This document shows positions 13,108-21,281 of a stretch of DNA of 64,000 nucleotides, piece by piece; position 1 is the stretch's first letter, and each line of letters begins with the position of its first letter. The notes under the pieces are model-generated. The model did not search any database, was not told the DNA's origin, and saw only the letters and a list, made by a program, of their open reading frames with translations. Where the stretch lies: the NCBI GenBank assembly GCA_021155985.1, contig JAJNBA010000001.1, positions 10,700 through 74,699 of the forward strand, written 5' to 3'. The translations under genes were made by a program, and so were the position numbers. This stretch comes from Actinomycetes bacterium (GTDB lineage Bacteria > Actinomycetota > UBA4738 > HRBIN12).

Positions 13108-13704
13108 ATGCGGACACACGCGATCCGTCGGGTGATGCTGATGACCGTGGGGATGATGCTCCTCGTGGGTGTCACGCCCAACGTCGTTCTCGCCAGCGGT
13201 GGCGGCGGGTGTGGCCGCCTCGTGACGGACGCTGACGGCACGAGCGTGAGTATCCGCAACTTCTGCTTCGGCCCCACGATCCTGCGCGTTCCGGAGGGCG
13301 AGACGGTGACGTGGGTGAACAGAGACGACTTCCCGCACGTCGTCCTCGGGGCCAACGGCGCCTGGGGTGGCTACGGCAAGCTGCGAGGCGGGGGCGAGGT
13401 CAGCTACCGGTTCGTGAGTTCGGGCGTCTACCCGTACGTCTGCACGTACCATCCCGGCATGATCGGGGCCGTCGTCGTGGGGAACGGCAAGCCCGACGGC
13501 GGCGCGTACGCGGTTACCACGAACGCCGGACCGGTGACCCAGGCGGAGTCATCGCAGGATGCGATGGAGCCGCCGGTCGTGCCGGAGGCGGTGACCCCGA
13601 CATCGTGGGCGCCGGCCGCATGGGTGATCGGCCTGCTGGTCGTGGGCGCGGCCGCGATCGTGGCCTCTCGCAGACGCCGGCTGCAGGGAACCGTCGCGCA
13701 CTGA
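13108..13704 (+). CDS. membrane-anchored cupredoxin (type-1 blue copper protein)
   Basis: Strong SD (GAAGGAGGAG). Signal peptide. Copper-ligand pattern FPH ... C-TYH-PGM. C-terminal hydrophobic helix followed by RRRR. Confidence 0.8.
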   Translation: MRTHAIRRVMLMTVGMMLLVGVTPNVVLASGGGGCGRLVTDADGTSVSIRNFCFGPTILRVPEGETVTWVNRDDFPHVVLGANGAWGGYGKLRGGGEVSYRFVSSGVYPYVCTYHPGMIGAVVVGNGKPDGGAYAVTTNAGPVTQAESSQDAMEPPVVPEAVTPTSWAPAAWVIGLLVVGAAAIVASRRRRLQGTVAH

Positions 13705-13722
13705 GGTTCGTACCATCCTGGA

Positions 13723-14928
13723 GTGACTCCTTCGAGGCGCTTCAGGCCCACGCTCGAGATCACGGCGATGCTGTTGATCGCTGCCTGCGGGAACGCGGGA
13801 ACGCCATCGGTCACGACGAGTCCTTCCCCGACTGCTCCTTCCTCGACCGCCGGTCCGTCTTCACCCTCACCGAACCTCGCCGATGTGCGGATCCGTCTCG
13901 AGCGGGTGGCGTCGCTCGAGCAACCGCTGGCGATGGCGGTCCGGGAGGGTGACTCCGCGCTCTACGTCGCGCAGAAGACGGGCAAGGTCGTGGCGATCCG
14001 CGCCGGGCGGACCGTCGACAAGGTGCCCGTCCTCGACCTGTCCGACGAGGTGTCGCTCGGCGGCGAACAGGGGCTCCTCGGGCTGGCATTCGCGCCGGGA
14101 GGCCGCGAGCTCTACGTGAACTACACGGACACGGACGGCGACACCCACGTCACGGGGTTCGCGATGCGAGGCGATCGAGCCGATCCGGCCACGCGGCGCG
14201 ACATCCTCGTGGTGGAGCAGCCGTACTCGAACCACAACGGCGGCAACCTCGTGTTCGGTCCCGACGGCTTCCTGTACGTCGGTCTCGGTGACGGAGGGAG
14301 CGGCGGCGATCCGCTCGGAAACGGGCAGTCCCTCTCCACGCTGCTCGGCAAGATGCTCCGGATCGATCCGCAGCTCGCGGGCGAAGCTCCTTTCCGCGTA
14401 CCGGCGGACAACCCGTTCGTCGGGCGGGCCAACGCCAGACCGGCGATCTGGGCCTACGGACTCCGCAACCCGTGGCGGTATTCGTTCGATCGATCGACCG
14501 GAGACCTCTGGATCGGGGACGTCGGCCAGACCGAATGGGAGGAGGTCGACGTCCAGCCCGCCGGGTCGTCGGGTGGCGAGAACTACGGATGGAACATCCT
14601 CGAAGGGAGTCATCCGTTCTTCGGCGACGAGCTCCCGGACGGGGTGGCTCCGATCTACGAGTACTCGCACGCCGAGGGCGGGTGCACCGTGATCGGCGGG
14701 TACGTCTACCGAGGCGAGTCGATCCCGGCGCTGTCCGGCGCGTACCTCTTCGGGGACCTGTGCATCGGCGAGATCGAGGCGCTCGGCGTCGTGAACCGCC
14801 GGGTGACCGGACACCGCGCGCTGGGACCTGTCGTCGAGAACCTGAGCTCGTTCGGCGAGGACGCGGACGGCGAGCTCTACGCGATGTCGCTCAGCGGCGC
14901 TGTCTATCGCATCGTGCCGGCGAGCTGA
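13723..14928 (+). CDS. PQQ-dependent sugar (glucose/sorbosone) dehydrogenase, lipoprotein
   Basis: Lipobox LLIAAC. Beta-propeller blocks EQGLLGLAF, HNGGNLVFGPDGFLYVGLGDGG, NPWRYSFD, GENYGWN. TACCAT hexamer 6 nt upstream of GTG 13723. Confidence 0.85.
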   Translation: MTPSRRFRPTLEITAMLLIAACGNAGTPSVTTSPSPTAPSSTAGPSSPSPNLADVRIRLERVASLEQPLAMAVREGDSALYVAQKTGKVVAIRAGRTVDKVPVLDLSDEVSLGGEQGLLGLAFAPGGRELYVNYTDTDGDTHVTGFAMRGDRADPATRRDILVVEQPYSNHNGGNLVFGPDGFLYVGLGDGGSGGDPLGNGQSLSTLLGKMLRIDPQLAGEAPFRVPADNPFVGRANARPAIWAYGLRNPWRYSFDRSTGDLWIGDVGQTEWEEVDVQPAGSSGGENYGWNILEGSHPFFGDELPDGVAPIYEYSHAEGGCTVIGGYVYRGESIPALSGAYLFGDLCIGEIEALGVVNRRVTGHRALGPVVENLSSFGEDADGELYAMSLSGAVYRIVPAS

Positions 14929-14975
14929 GCCATCCGAGCCACTTCGCGGCAGCCTCGCGTGTACGATCCGAGCCG

Positions 14976-16154
14976 ATGTCCGGAGAAATCCGTCCCTCGC
15001 AGAAGGCCGTCTCGTTCACGGAGTCCGTGATCCGGGAGATGACGCGCCTGGCGATGCTGCACGACGCGATCAACCTGTCGCAGGGGTTCCCCGACTTCGC
15101 CGCGCCGGAGGAGGTCAAGGAGGCCGCCCGGAAGGCGATCGCCGACGACGTGAACCAGTACCCCATCACCTGGGGAGCCGAGGGGTTCCGGCGGGAGCTC
15201 GCCCGGAACTACCGGGTTCGCTACGGGATGGACTGGATCGACCCCGAGCGAGACATCACGGTCACGTGCGGATCGACGGAGGCGATGATCGCGGCGATGC
15301 TCGGCGTCCTCGACCCCGGCGACGAGGTCGTCGTCTTCGAGCCGTTCTACGAGAACTACGGCCCAGACACGATCATCTCGGGCGCCGTCCCGCGCACCGT
15401 GACCCTGCACGCGCCCGACTGGACGTTCGACGAGGCAGAGCTCGCGGGGGCGTTCAACGAGCGCACGCGGGGGATCGTGATCAACACGCCGAACAACCCC
15501 ACGGGCAAGGTGTTCTCGCGCGAGGAGCTCGACGTGGTCGCCGGACTCTGTCAGCGATGGGGCGCTGTCGTATTCACGGACGAGATCTACGAGCACATCC
15601 TCTACGACGGCGCCGTGCACGTGCCGCCCGGCGCGGTACCGGGACTCGAGGACCGGACGGTGACGATCAGCGCGCTCTCGAAGACGTACGCCGTCACGGG
15701 CTGGCGCGTGGGGTGGGTGGTCGCGCCGGCGCCGCTCTCCCGGGGCATCCGTTCCGTCCACGATTTCCTGACGGTCGCGGCGCCGGCGCCGCTCCAGGAG
15801 GCGGGCGAGGTCGCCCTCGGCCTCCCCGAGGAGTACTACCGGCAGACCGCGGATGCGTACCGCGAGCGACGGGACCTGTGGATCGAGGCGCTCCGGGAGG
15901 CGGGGTTCAAGGTCGAGCCGCCCGCGGGTGCCTACTACGTGATGGCGGACATCTCGGGCTTCGGGTTCCCGGATGACGTCCGGTTCGCCCGGCACATGGT
16001 CGAGGACGTCGGGGTCGCGGTGGTGCCGGGCTCGTCGTTCTTCTCCCGCCCGGAGCTCGGCGCGCACCTGGTCCGCTTCGCGTTCTGCAAGAAGCTCGAG
16101 ACGCTGGAAGTGGCGGGCGAGCGCCTGCGCGGGCTGCACCCGCGCGCGATCTAG
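14976..16154 (+). CDS. class I/II PLP-dependent aminotransferase (YbdL/MtnE/kynurenine-aminotransferase-like)
   Basis: Motifs NLSQGFPDF, NTPNNPTGKVF, SALSKTYAVTGWRVGW. Only the last 392 codons of track ORF 14472..16154 look coding. ATG 14976 follows TACGAT N8. Confidence 0.88.
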   Translation: MSGEIRPSQKAVSFTESVIREMTRLAMLHDAINLSQGFPDFAAPEEVKEAARKAIADDVNQYPITWGAEGFRRELARNYRVRYGMDWIDPERDITVTCGSTEAMIAAMLGVLDPGDEVVVFEPFYENYGPDTIISGAVPRTVTLHAPDWTFDEAELAGAFNERTRGIVINTPNNPTGKVFSREELDVVAGLCQRWGAVVFTDEIYEHILYDGAVHVPPGAVPGLEDRTVTISALSKTYAVTGWRVGWVVAPAPLSRGIRSVHDFLTVAAPAPLQEAGEVALGLPEEYYRQTADAYRERRDLWIEALREAGFKVEPPAGAYYVMADISGFGFPDDVRFARHMVEDVGVAVVPGSSFFSRPELGAHLVRFAFCKKLETLEVAGERLRGLHPRAI

Positions 16155-16479
16155 CGCTGCCCGGAGCTCTTCCCTTTGCTTGAAGTCTCAGTGGATCTAC
16201 GTACGTAGCCTGTTTCGAGGGGTTCATCCCTGAGAGAGAGCGATCGCCCGGTGAGGCGTCGAACGACCGGCATCGCGCGGATCTTGGGACGGGCCATCCA
16301 TCCGGGTCACGATGCAGGGGCCGATACTCCACCCGGAGCCGATCGCGGTCCTCGCGCACGGTGGCCGGAGCCCGACGGATCGATCGTCGGCGCCCGATCG
16401 ATCGGATCGATCCCGGCTGCCGGCAGGCGGATGCGTACGTATCGCGCGGCGGTCGGCCGATGGGCCTCCGGTGCGGGAC

Positions 16480-17526
16480 CTAGAGGCCGCCCCAGAAGCG
16501 ACCAGGGGACAGGATGGCGGAGGGGTCGAACGCGGTCTTGAGCCGGCGATGGACCTCGAGCGCGGCGACCGGCGCGTCGCCGAGACCGCCGGGACCACGG
16601 ATCACGGGTGCGATCCCCCCGGCCTCCAGGACGCGCCTCCGGAGCGACGCGAGACGGTCGCCGTCCGGGAACCCGACCCAGGCGATCCCGACGCCCATCA
16701 GGGCGCGCCAGTCCTCCGCCCCGTCGAGGACGGCGTCGAGCCGGGAGGGCGCGACGGCGACCTCCGCCACGATCGGTGTCGCCACCGCTTCGGGCCCGCC
16801 GACCGTCGTTCCCTCGTGGATCTCGACGTCACCGGCAGCCTTGCGGATCGTCGCCGTCTGCTCCTCGATCTCCTCGGGCCATCCCTCCAGCGCGACCTCG
16901 ATCCGATCCGGCGTCGCCACGACGGAGGAGGGGAGCGGGACGGCGTCGAGCAGCGTCCGGCCCGCGTCCAGACCGCCCGCCGCCGACACCACGAGCCGCC
17001 GCGCTTTCGGCAGCGGCCGCACCTTCACCGCGATCTGCACGATCGCGCCCAGCGTGCCGAGGGACCCTGTCGCGAGCCGGTGGAGGTCGTAGCCCTGCAC
17101 GCTCTTGACCGTCCGTGCGCCGCTCCGCACGAGTCGGCCATCTCCCGTGACGAGCTCCAGCTCCACGACGCTGTCGCGGAGAGGACCCATCCGGAGCCGG
17201 CGAGGGGAGGACGCGGCCACCGCGATCGTGCCGCCGACCGTGGCGTCGTCGGGCGCGTCCGACGGCCATTCCTGTCCGCCCTCGGCGAGCACCTGCCGGA
17301 GCGCGCCGACGCCGATCCCGGACTCCACGACGGCGAGCATCTCCTCGGGGTCGTACGCGATCACCCGATCGAGCCCGGTCATCGCGAGCTCCTCATCGAC
17401 CTCACACGCGTTCCCCTTGTCGGCGTGCGTCCGCCCACCCACGATCGCCACGCGCGCCCGTCGGTCGCTCGCGGATCGGAGCGCGTCTCCGACGCCCCCC
17501 TTCGACGTGGGGGCGATCAGATCCAC
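16480..17526 (-). CDS. glcE: FAD-binding oxidase subunit, GlcE-like
   Basis: PCMH-type FAD-binding domain blocks (VGGTIA, KSVQGYDL, GSLGTLGAIV). In-frame GTG 17526 overlaps the end of the upstream gene by 10 nt. Confidence 0.65.
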   Translation of the reverse strand: MDLIAPTSKGGVGDALRSASDRRARVAIVGGRTHADKGNACEVDEELAMTGLDRVIAYDPEEMLAVVESGIGVGALRQVLAEGGQEWPSDAPDDATVGGTIAVAASSPRRLRMGPLRDSVVELELVTGDGRLVRSGARTVKSVQGYDLHRLATGSLGTLGAIVQIAVKVRPLPKARRLVVSAAGGLDAGRTLLDAVPLPSSVVATPDRIEVALEGWPEEIEEQTATIRKAAGDVEIHEGTTVGGPEAVATPIVAEVAVAPSRLDAVLDGAEDWRALMGVGIAWVGFPDGDRLASLRRRVLEAGGIAPVIRGPGGLGDAPVAALEVHRRLKTAFDPSAILSPGRFWGGL

Positions 17527-18992
17527 GAGTCCTCCGGGAGGTTCCTCGCCGCATCGCCGACCCCGGCGGCATCGGTTCCGGCGGCCGCCACGGCGAAGTC
17601 GCCGCACCGCGCGCCGTCGGGCAGCACCTTCTGGGGATTCATCCGGCCCGAAGGATCGAACGCGCTCCGCACGCACGCCTGCGCCGCGAGGTCGTTCTCG
17701 GTGAACACGAGCGGCATGAAGTCCCGCTTCTCGAGGCCGATCCCATGCTCGCCCGAGAGAGAGCCTCCCGCGTCCACGCAGAGACGCACGATCTCCTCCG
17801 AGGTCCGCAGCACGCGTTCGAGCACTCCGGGTTCGCTCCTGTCGAAGGACAGCAACGGATGCAGGTTCCCGTCGCCGGCGTGGAACACGTTGGTGACCGT
17901 GATGGCCTCGCGACGGCAGATCGCGTAGACGCCGGTGAGGACCTCAGCGAGCTTCGTGCGCGGCACGACGCAATCGTGGAGGTGGTAATGCGGCGCGATC
18001 TGGGCGATCGCACCGAACGCCGACTTCCGACCCTTCCACAGGAGCGCGCGCTCCTCGGGCGACCCCGCCACCCGGATCGTCCCCACCGAGTGGTCCCGCG
18101 CGGCAGCTCCGACCTCCCGCTCCTCCGCTTCCACACCGGCGCGGATGCCGTCCACCTCGACGAGCAGCACGGCCGCGGCATCCGTGGGGTACCCGGCGTG
18201 GGCGAACGATTCCACGGCGCGGACGATCCCTCGATCCATCATCTCCAACGCCGCGGGCACCACGCCGCGCGCGATGATGTCGGAGACCGTCGCCGCGCAG
18301 TCTTCGACCGTGGCGAAGTCCAGCAGCATCGTCGTGATCCCCGGCGGCTCCGGCGTGAGCCGGACACATGCGGCCGCGACGAGTCCCACCGTGCCCTCGG
18401 AGCCGACGACCACCCCACGGAGGTCGTAGCCGGCTGCCTCCGGCCCCTCCGAGCCGAGGCGCACCAGGTTCCCGTCCCCGAGCACGACGTCGAGCGCCAG
18501 GACGTGCGCGGAGGTGACACCGTACGCCAGGCAGTGCGGGCCGCCGGCGTTCGTCCCGACGTTGCCGCCGATCGACGACACCTGCTGCGAGGACGGGTCC
18601 GGCATGTACGTGAATCCGGTCCCGCGGAGGGCGACGCCGAGATCGAGATTGAAGAGGCCGGGCTCGACCCACGCCAGTCGGTCCTCGGGCCTGATCTCGA
18701 GGATGCGGTGCATCTTCGCCGTGACGACCACGAGGGCGTCGCCGATCGGTGTGGACGCGCCCGCGAGCCCCGTGCCGCTGCCCCGAGGGACCACCGCGAG
18801 ATCGTGCATCGCGGCTGCGCGGACGCAGGTGGCGACGTCGTCCGTGGAGCGAGTGAAGACGACGAGACCGGCCGCGCCCTCGACCATCGACGCATCACGT
18901 GCGTAGAGGCGGAGCGCCAGGGGGTCCGATAACACGTCGTCCGGACCGAGCGCTCTCTCGAGTTCCCGCCTCGCCGCGTCCAGATCAGTCAC
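17517..18992 (-). CDS. glcD: FAD-linked oxidase, GlcD-like (glycolate/D-lactate oxidase family)
   Basis: Blocks VVPRGSGTGLAGAS, GGPHCLAYGVT, FHAGDGNLHP, LSGEHGIGLEKR. The first 40 codons of the track ORF are antisense to the neighbouring gene. GTG 18992 follows TACCCT N6. Confidence 0.8.
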   Translation of the reverse strand: MTDLDAARRELERALGPDDVLSDPLALRLYARDASMVEGAAGLVVFTRSTDDVATCVRAAAMHDLAVVPRGSGTGLAGASTPIGDALVVVTAKMHRILEIRPEDRLAWVEPGLFNLDLGVALRGTGFTYMPDPSSQQVSSIGGNVGTNAGGPHCLAYGVTSAHVLALDVVLGDGNLVRLGSEGPEAAGYDLRGVVVGSEGTVGLVAAACVRLTPEPPGITTMLLDFATVEDCAATVSDIIARGVVPAALEMMDRGIVRAVESFAHAGYPTDAAAVLLVEVDGIRAGVEAEEREVGAAARDHSVGTIRVAGSPEERALLWKGRKSAFGAIAQIAPHYHLHDCVVPRTKLAEVLTGVYAICRREAITVTNVFHAGDGNLHPLLSFDRSEPGVLERVLRTSEEIVRLCVDAGGSLSGEHGIGLEKRDFMPLVFTENDLAAQACVRSAFDPSGRMNPQKVLPDGARCGDFAVAAAGTDAAGVGDAARNLPEDSWI

Positions 18993-18997
18993 GTCGC

Positions 18998-19004
18998 TAG
19001 GGTA
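18998..19004. promoter_or_regulatory. shared bidirectional -10 element TAGGGTA for two divergent, apparently leaderless genes
   Basis: Top strand TAGGGT lies 8 nt before ATG 19012. Bottom strand TACCCT lies 6 nt before GTG 18992. The whole intergenic spacer is 19 nt and has no SD on either side. Confidence 0.5.
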
Positions 19005-19011
19005 GGCCGGG

Positions 19012-19488
19012 ATGGCGACCTGGGCCGAGTTCGAGCTCGCCGAGCCGGAGCTGGCCGCGTTCGGGAAGGAACGGCTCGACGGGCAGGTCTGCTTCCACGC
19101 GACGCTCCGCACCGATGGATCGCCTCGGGTCCATCCGGTGGAGCCGTGGGTCGCCGTCGGTCTGTTGCTGGTCCGATTCCGAGGCCATAGCCCGAAGGTC
19201 GCCGAGGTCCTCCGCGACGGCCGCTACGCCCTCCACTCGCCGATGGACAACCCCGACGGCGTGGGTGGGGAGTTCATGGTGCGGGGCTGGATGGAGCAGA
19301 TCGGGGACACGCATCCGGCCGTGCAACGGTTCGTCCACGACGCGTCGTATCCGCTCGCGTTCTACGCGATGTCCGTGGAGGAGGCCGTGGGGACGACCTA
19401 CGAGGGAGAGGGAACCGAGCCCGTCTATCGGCGGTGGCGCCCTCAGGCCACACGGCCGGGCGAGCCGTCGGGCGCGGAGAAGTCGTAG
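19012..19488 (+). CDS. pyridoxamine 5'-phosphate oxidase-like (split-barrel flavin/F420) family protein
   Basis: 158-aa ORF with PPOX-like N-terminal pattern (FHATLRTDGSPRVHPV). Family-level, moderate confidence. The last 46 nt overlap the convergent rhodanese gene. Confidence 0.55.
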   Translation: MATWAEFELAEPELAAFGKERLDGQVCFHATLRTDGSPRVHPVEPWVAVGLLLVRFRGHSPKVAEVLRDGRYALHSPMDNPDGVGGEFMVRGWMEQIGDTHPAVQRFVHDASYPLAFYAMSVEEAVGTTYEGEGTEPVYRRWRPQATRPGEPSGAEKS

Positions 19489-19778
19489 CCCGCAGCGGCC
19501 CACGCCTCCATCCCCCCCTCGACGTTGGTGGCGTCGTAGCCCCGCGCCTGCAGCATCATCGAGGCGAGCTCGCTCCGGTTGCCGCTCCGGCAGATGACGG
19601 CGACGGGCTTCGCGAGGTCGAGGACGTCGGCTCCGACGCCGGCCATCACGTCGTTCAGAGGGATGTGGAGCGCGCCCGCGATCCTGCCCGCGTCCCACTC
19701 GTACTGCTCACGACAGTCCACCAGCTGGACGTCGTCGAGCGACTCGTGGACACCCTCGACCGTGCTGAGATCTGCCAT
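19443..19778 (-). CDS. single-domain rhodanese sulfurtransferase
   Basis: Rhodanese fold with active-site loop CRSGNRS. ATG 19778 preceded by TAGCAT N7. Confidence 0.85.
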   Translation of the reverse strand: MADLSTVEGVHESLDDVQLVDCREQYEWDAGRIAGALHIPLNDVMAGVGADVLDLAKPVAVICRSGNRSELASMMLQARGYDATNVEGGMEAWAAAGYDFSAPDGSPGRVA

Positions 19779-19812
19779 CGGACCGATGCTAGCAGTGGGT
19801 CCGGCGAACGGT

Positions 19813-20325
19813 TCAGCCGGTCATCGCACGTGCGAACGCCGCATGCGCGGTCGCGTCGAACAGCACGAATCGCACCTCACGCGCGGACGTGTCGGCCGTT
19901 CTCACCGCCTCCACCGCGACACGCGCCGCCTCGTCGATCGGGTAGCCGTAGACGCCGGTCGAGATCGCGGGGAACGCGACGCGCGCCGCCTCGAGCTCGT
20001 CGGCGATGCGGAGCGACTCCGTATGGCAGCTCGACAGGAGCGTCGCAGGATCCTCCTCGCGCGCGTACACCGGACCGACCGTATGGATCACCCACCGAGC
20101 CGGGAGATCGCCACCGGTCGTCGCCACCGCACGACCGGTGGGGAGACCGTCCGGCCACTCGGTCGAGCGGATCCGCCTGCATGCCTCGAGGATCGCGGGG
20201 CCGCCGCGGCGATGGATCGCGCCGTCGACGCCACCGCCGCCGAGCAACGTCGGGTTCGCCGCGTTCACGATGGCGTCGACCCGCTGCGCCGTGATGTCGC
20301 CCTCGACCAGAACGATGCGAGGCAT
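19813..20325 (-). CDS. macro domain protein (O-acetyl-ADP-ribose deacetylase / ADP-ribose hydrolase, YmdB-like)
   Basis: Motifs GDITAQRVDAIVNAAN, GGGVDGAIH, ISTGVYGYP. Confidence 0.88.
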   Translation of the reverse strand: MPRIVLVEGDITAQRVDAIVNAANPTLLGGGGVDGAIHRRGGPAILEACRRIRSTEWPDGLPTGRAVATTGGDLPARWVIHTVGPVYAREEDPATLLSSCHTESLRIADELEAARVAFPAISTGVYGYPIDEAARVAVEAVRTADTSAREVRFVLFDATAHAAFARAMTG

Positions 20326-20330
20326 GCGTC

Positions 20331-20337
20331 TATCGTA
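20331..20337. promoter_or_regulatory. shared bidirectional -10 element TATCGTA centred in a 17-nt divergent spacer
   Basis: Top strand TATCGT N6 ATG 20343. Bottom strand TACGAT N6 ATG 20325. Perfectly symmetric geometry and no SD on either side. Confidence 0.55.
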
Positions 20338-20342
20338 GGTCG

Positions 20343-21281
20343 ATGATCGTCTGCCTCGCCGCGAACCCGTCCGTCGATCGGCTCTTCGAGGTCGAACGAT
20401 TGGTCAAGGGCGACATCCATCGGCCCTCCGGGTTCGTGCAGGTCGCGGGCGGCAAGGGATTGAACGTCGCACGGGCGGCGCGGTCGCTCGGCGCCGACGT
20501 GTGTGCGGTCGCACTGCTCCGGGGACACACGGGTCGGTGGTTGCAGGAATCCCTCGCCGCCGAGGGTGTGGATGGTGAGTTCGTCTGGACGCACGGAGAG
20601 AGCCGGTCCTCGCTTTCGGTCGCCGACCGTGAGACCGCCGGACTGACCGAGTTCTACGAGCACGGCGCCGTCGCGCCGGATTCCGCGTGGGTCGAGCTCA
20701 CGCACGCCGCCGCGACTCGATGGCAACGCGACGGCTGGCTCACGATCTCGGGCTCCTTGCCGCGGGGCGCGCCCGACGAGGGCTACCGGGACCTGATCGA
20801 GGAAGCACGCCGCGGCGGCGTCCGTGTCGCGTTGGATTCCGAAGGGGAGCGCCTGCGCCTCGCCCTCACCGCCGAACCGGACATCGTGAAGGTGAACGTC
20901 GCGGAGGCAGGAGAGCTCCTCGGCGTGCCCACGGCGCGCCGGGACGATTCCCTCGCGGCTGCCTCCAAGATCCGCGACATGGCGGGCGGCGAAGGACACG
21001 CCGGCATCGTCACGCGGGGAGCGGAGGGCGTGATGCTGGCAGCGCCGGACGGCACGCTCTACGAAGGGGTCCTCTACGTCCGCGGCCGCTACCCCGTGGG
21101 AAGCGGCGACGCGTTCCTCGCCGGACTGATCACGGCGCTCGAGCGGGGGAGTGATTGGGAGGACGCCCTCCGGGTCGCGCTCGGGGCGGGAGCGGCCAAC
21201 GCCGAGCTCGCGGGCGCCGCCCGGATCGATCCGTCGGACGCCGCGGCCCTCGCGAGGCAGGCGGACGTCCATCTCCTCTGA
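20343..21281 (+). CDS. pfkB: PfkB-family hexose-phosphate kinase (1-phosphofructokinase / tagatose-6-phosphate kinase type)
   Basis: N-terminal ANPSVDR and GGKGLNVAR blocks. C-terminal VGSGDAFLAG anion-hole motif. Confidence 0.82.
   Translation: MIVCLAANPSVDRLFEVERLVKGDIHRPSGFVQVAGGKGLNVARAARSLGADVCAVALLRGHTGRWLQESLAAEGVDGEFVWTHGESRSSLSVADRETAGLTEFYEHGAVAPDSAWVELTHAAATRWQRDGWLTISGSLPRGAPDEGYRDLIEEARRGGVRVALDSEGERLRLALTAEPDIVKVNVAEAGELLGVPTARRDDSLAAASKIRDMAGGEGHAGIVTRGAEGVMLAAPDGTLYEGVLYVRGRYPVGSGDAFLAGLITALERGSDWEDALRVALGAGAANAELAGAARIDPSDAAALARQADVHLL

Noticed and set aside
16155-16479. Decayed glcF pseudogene or a mini repeat array / CRISPR
   Set aside because: No frame shows CxxCxxCxxxC ferredoxin motifs. 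The GATC/CGATCG run consists of short irregular palindromes, not repeat-spacer units.
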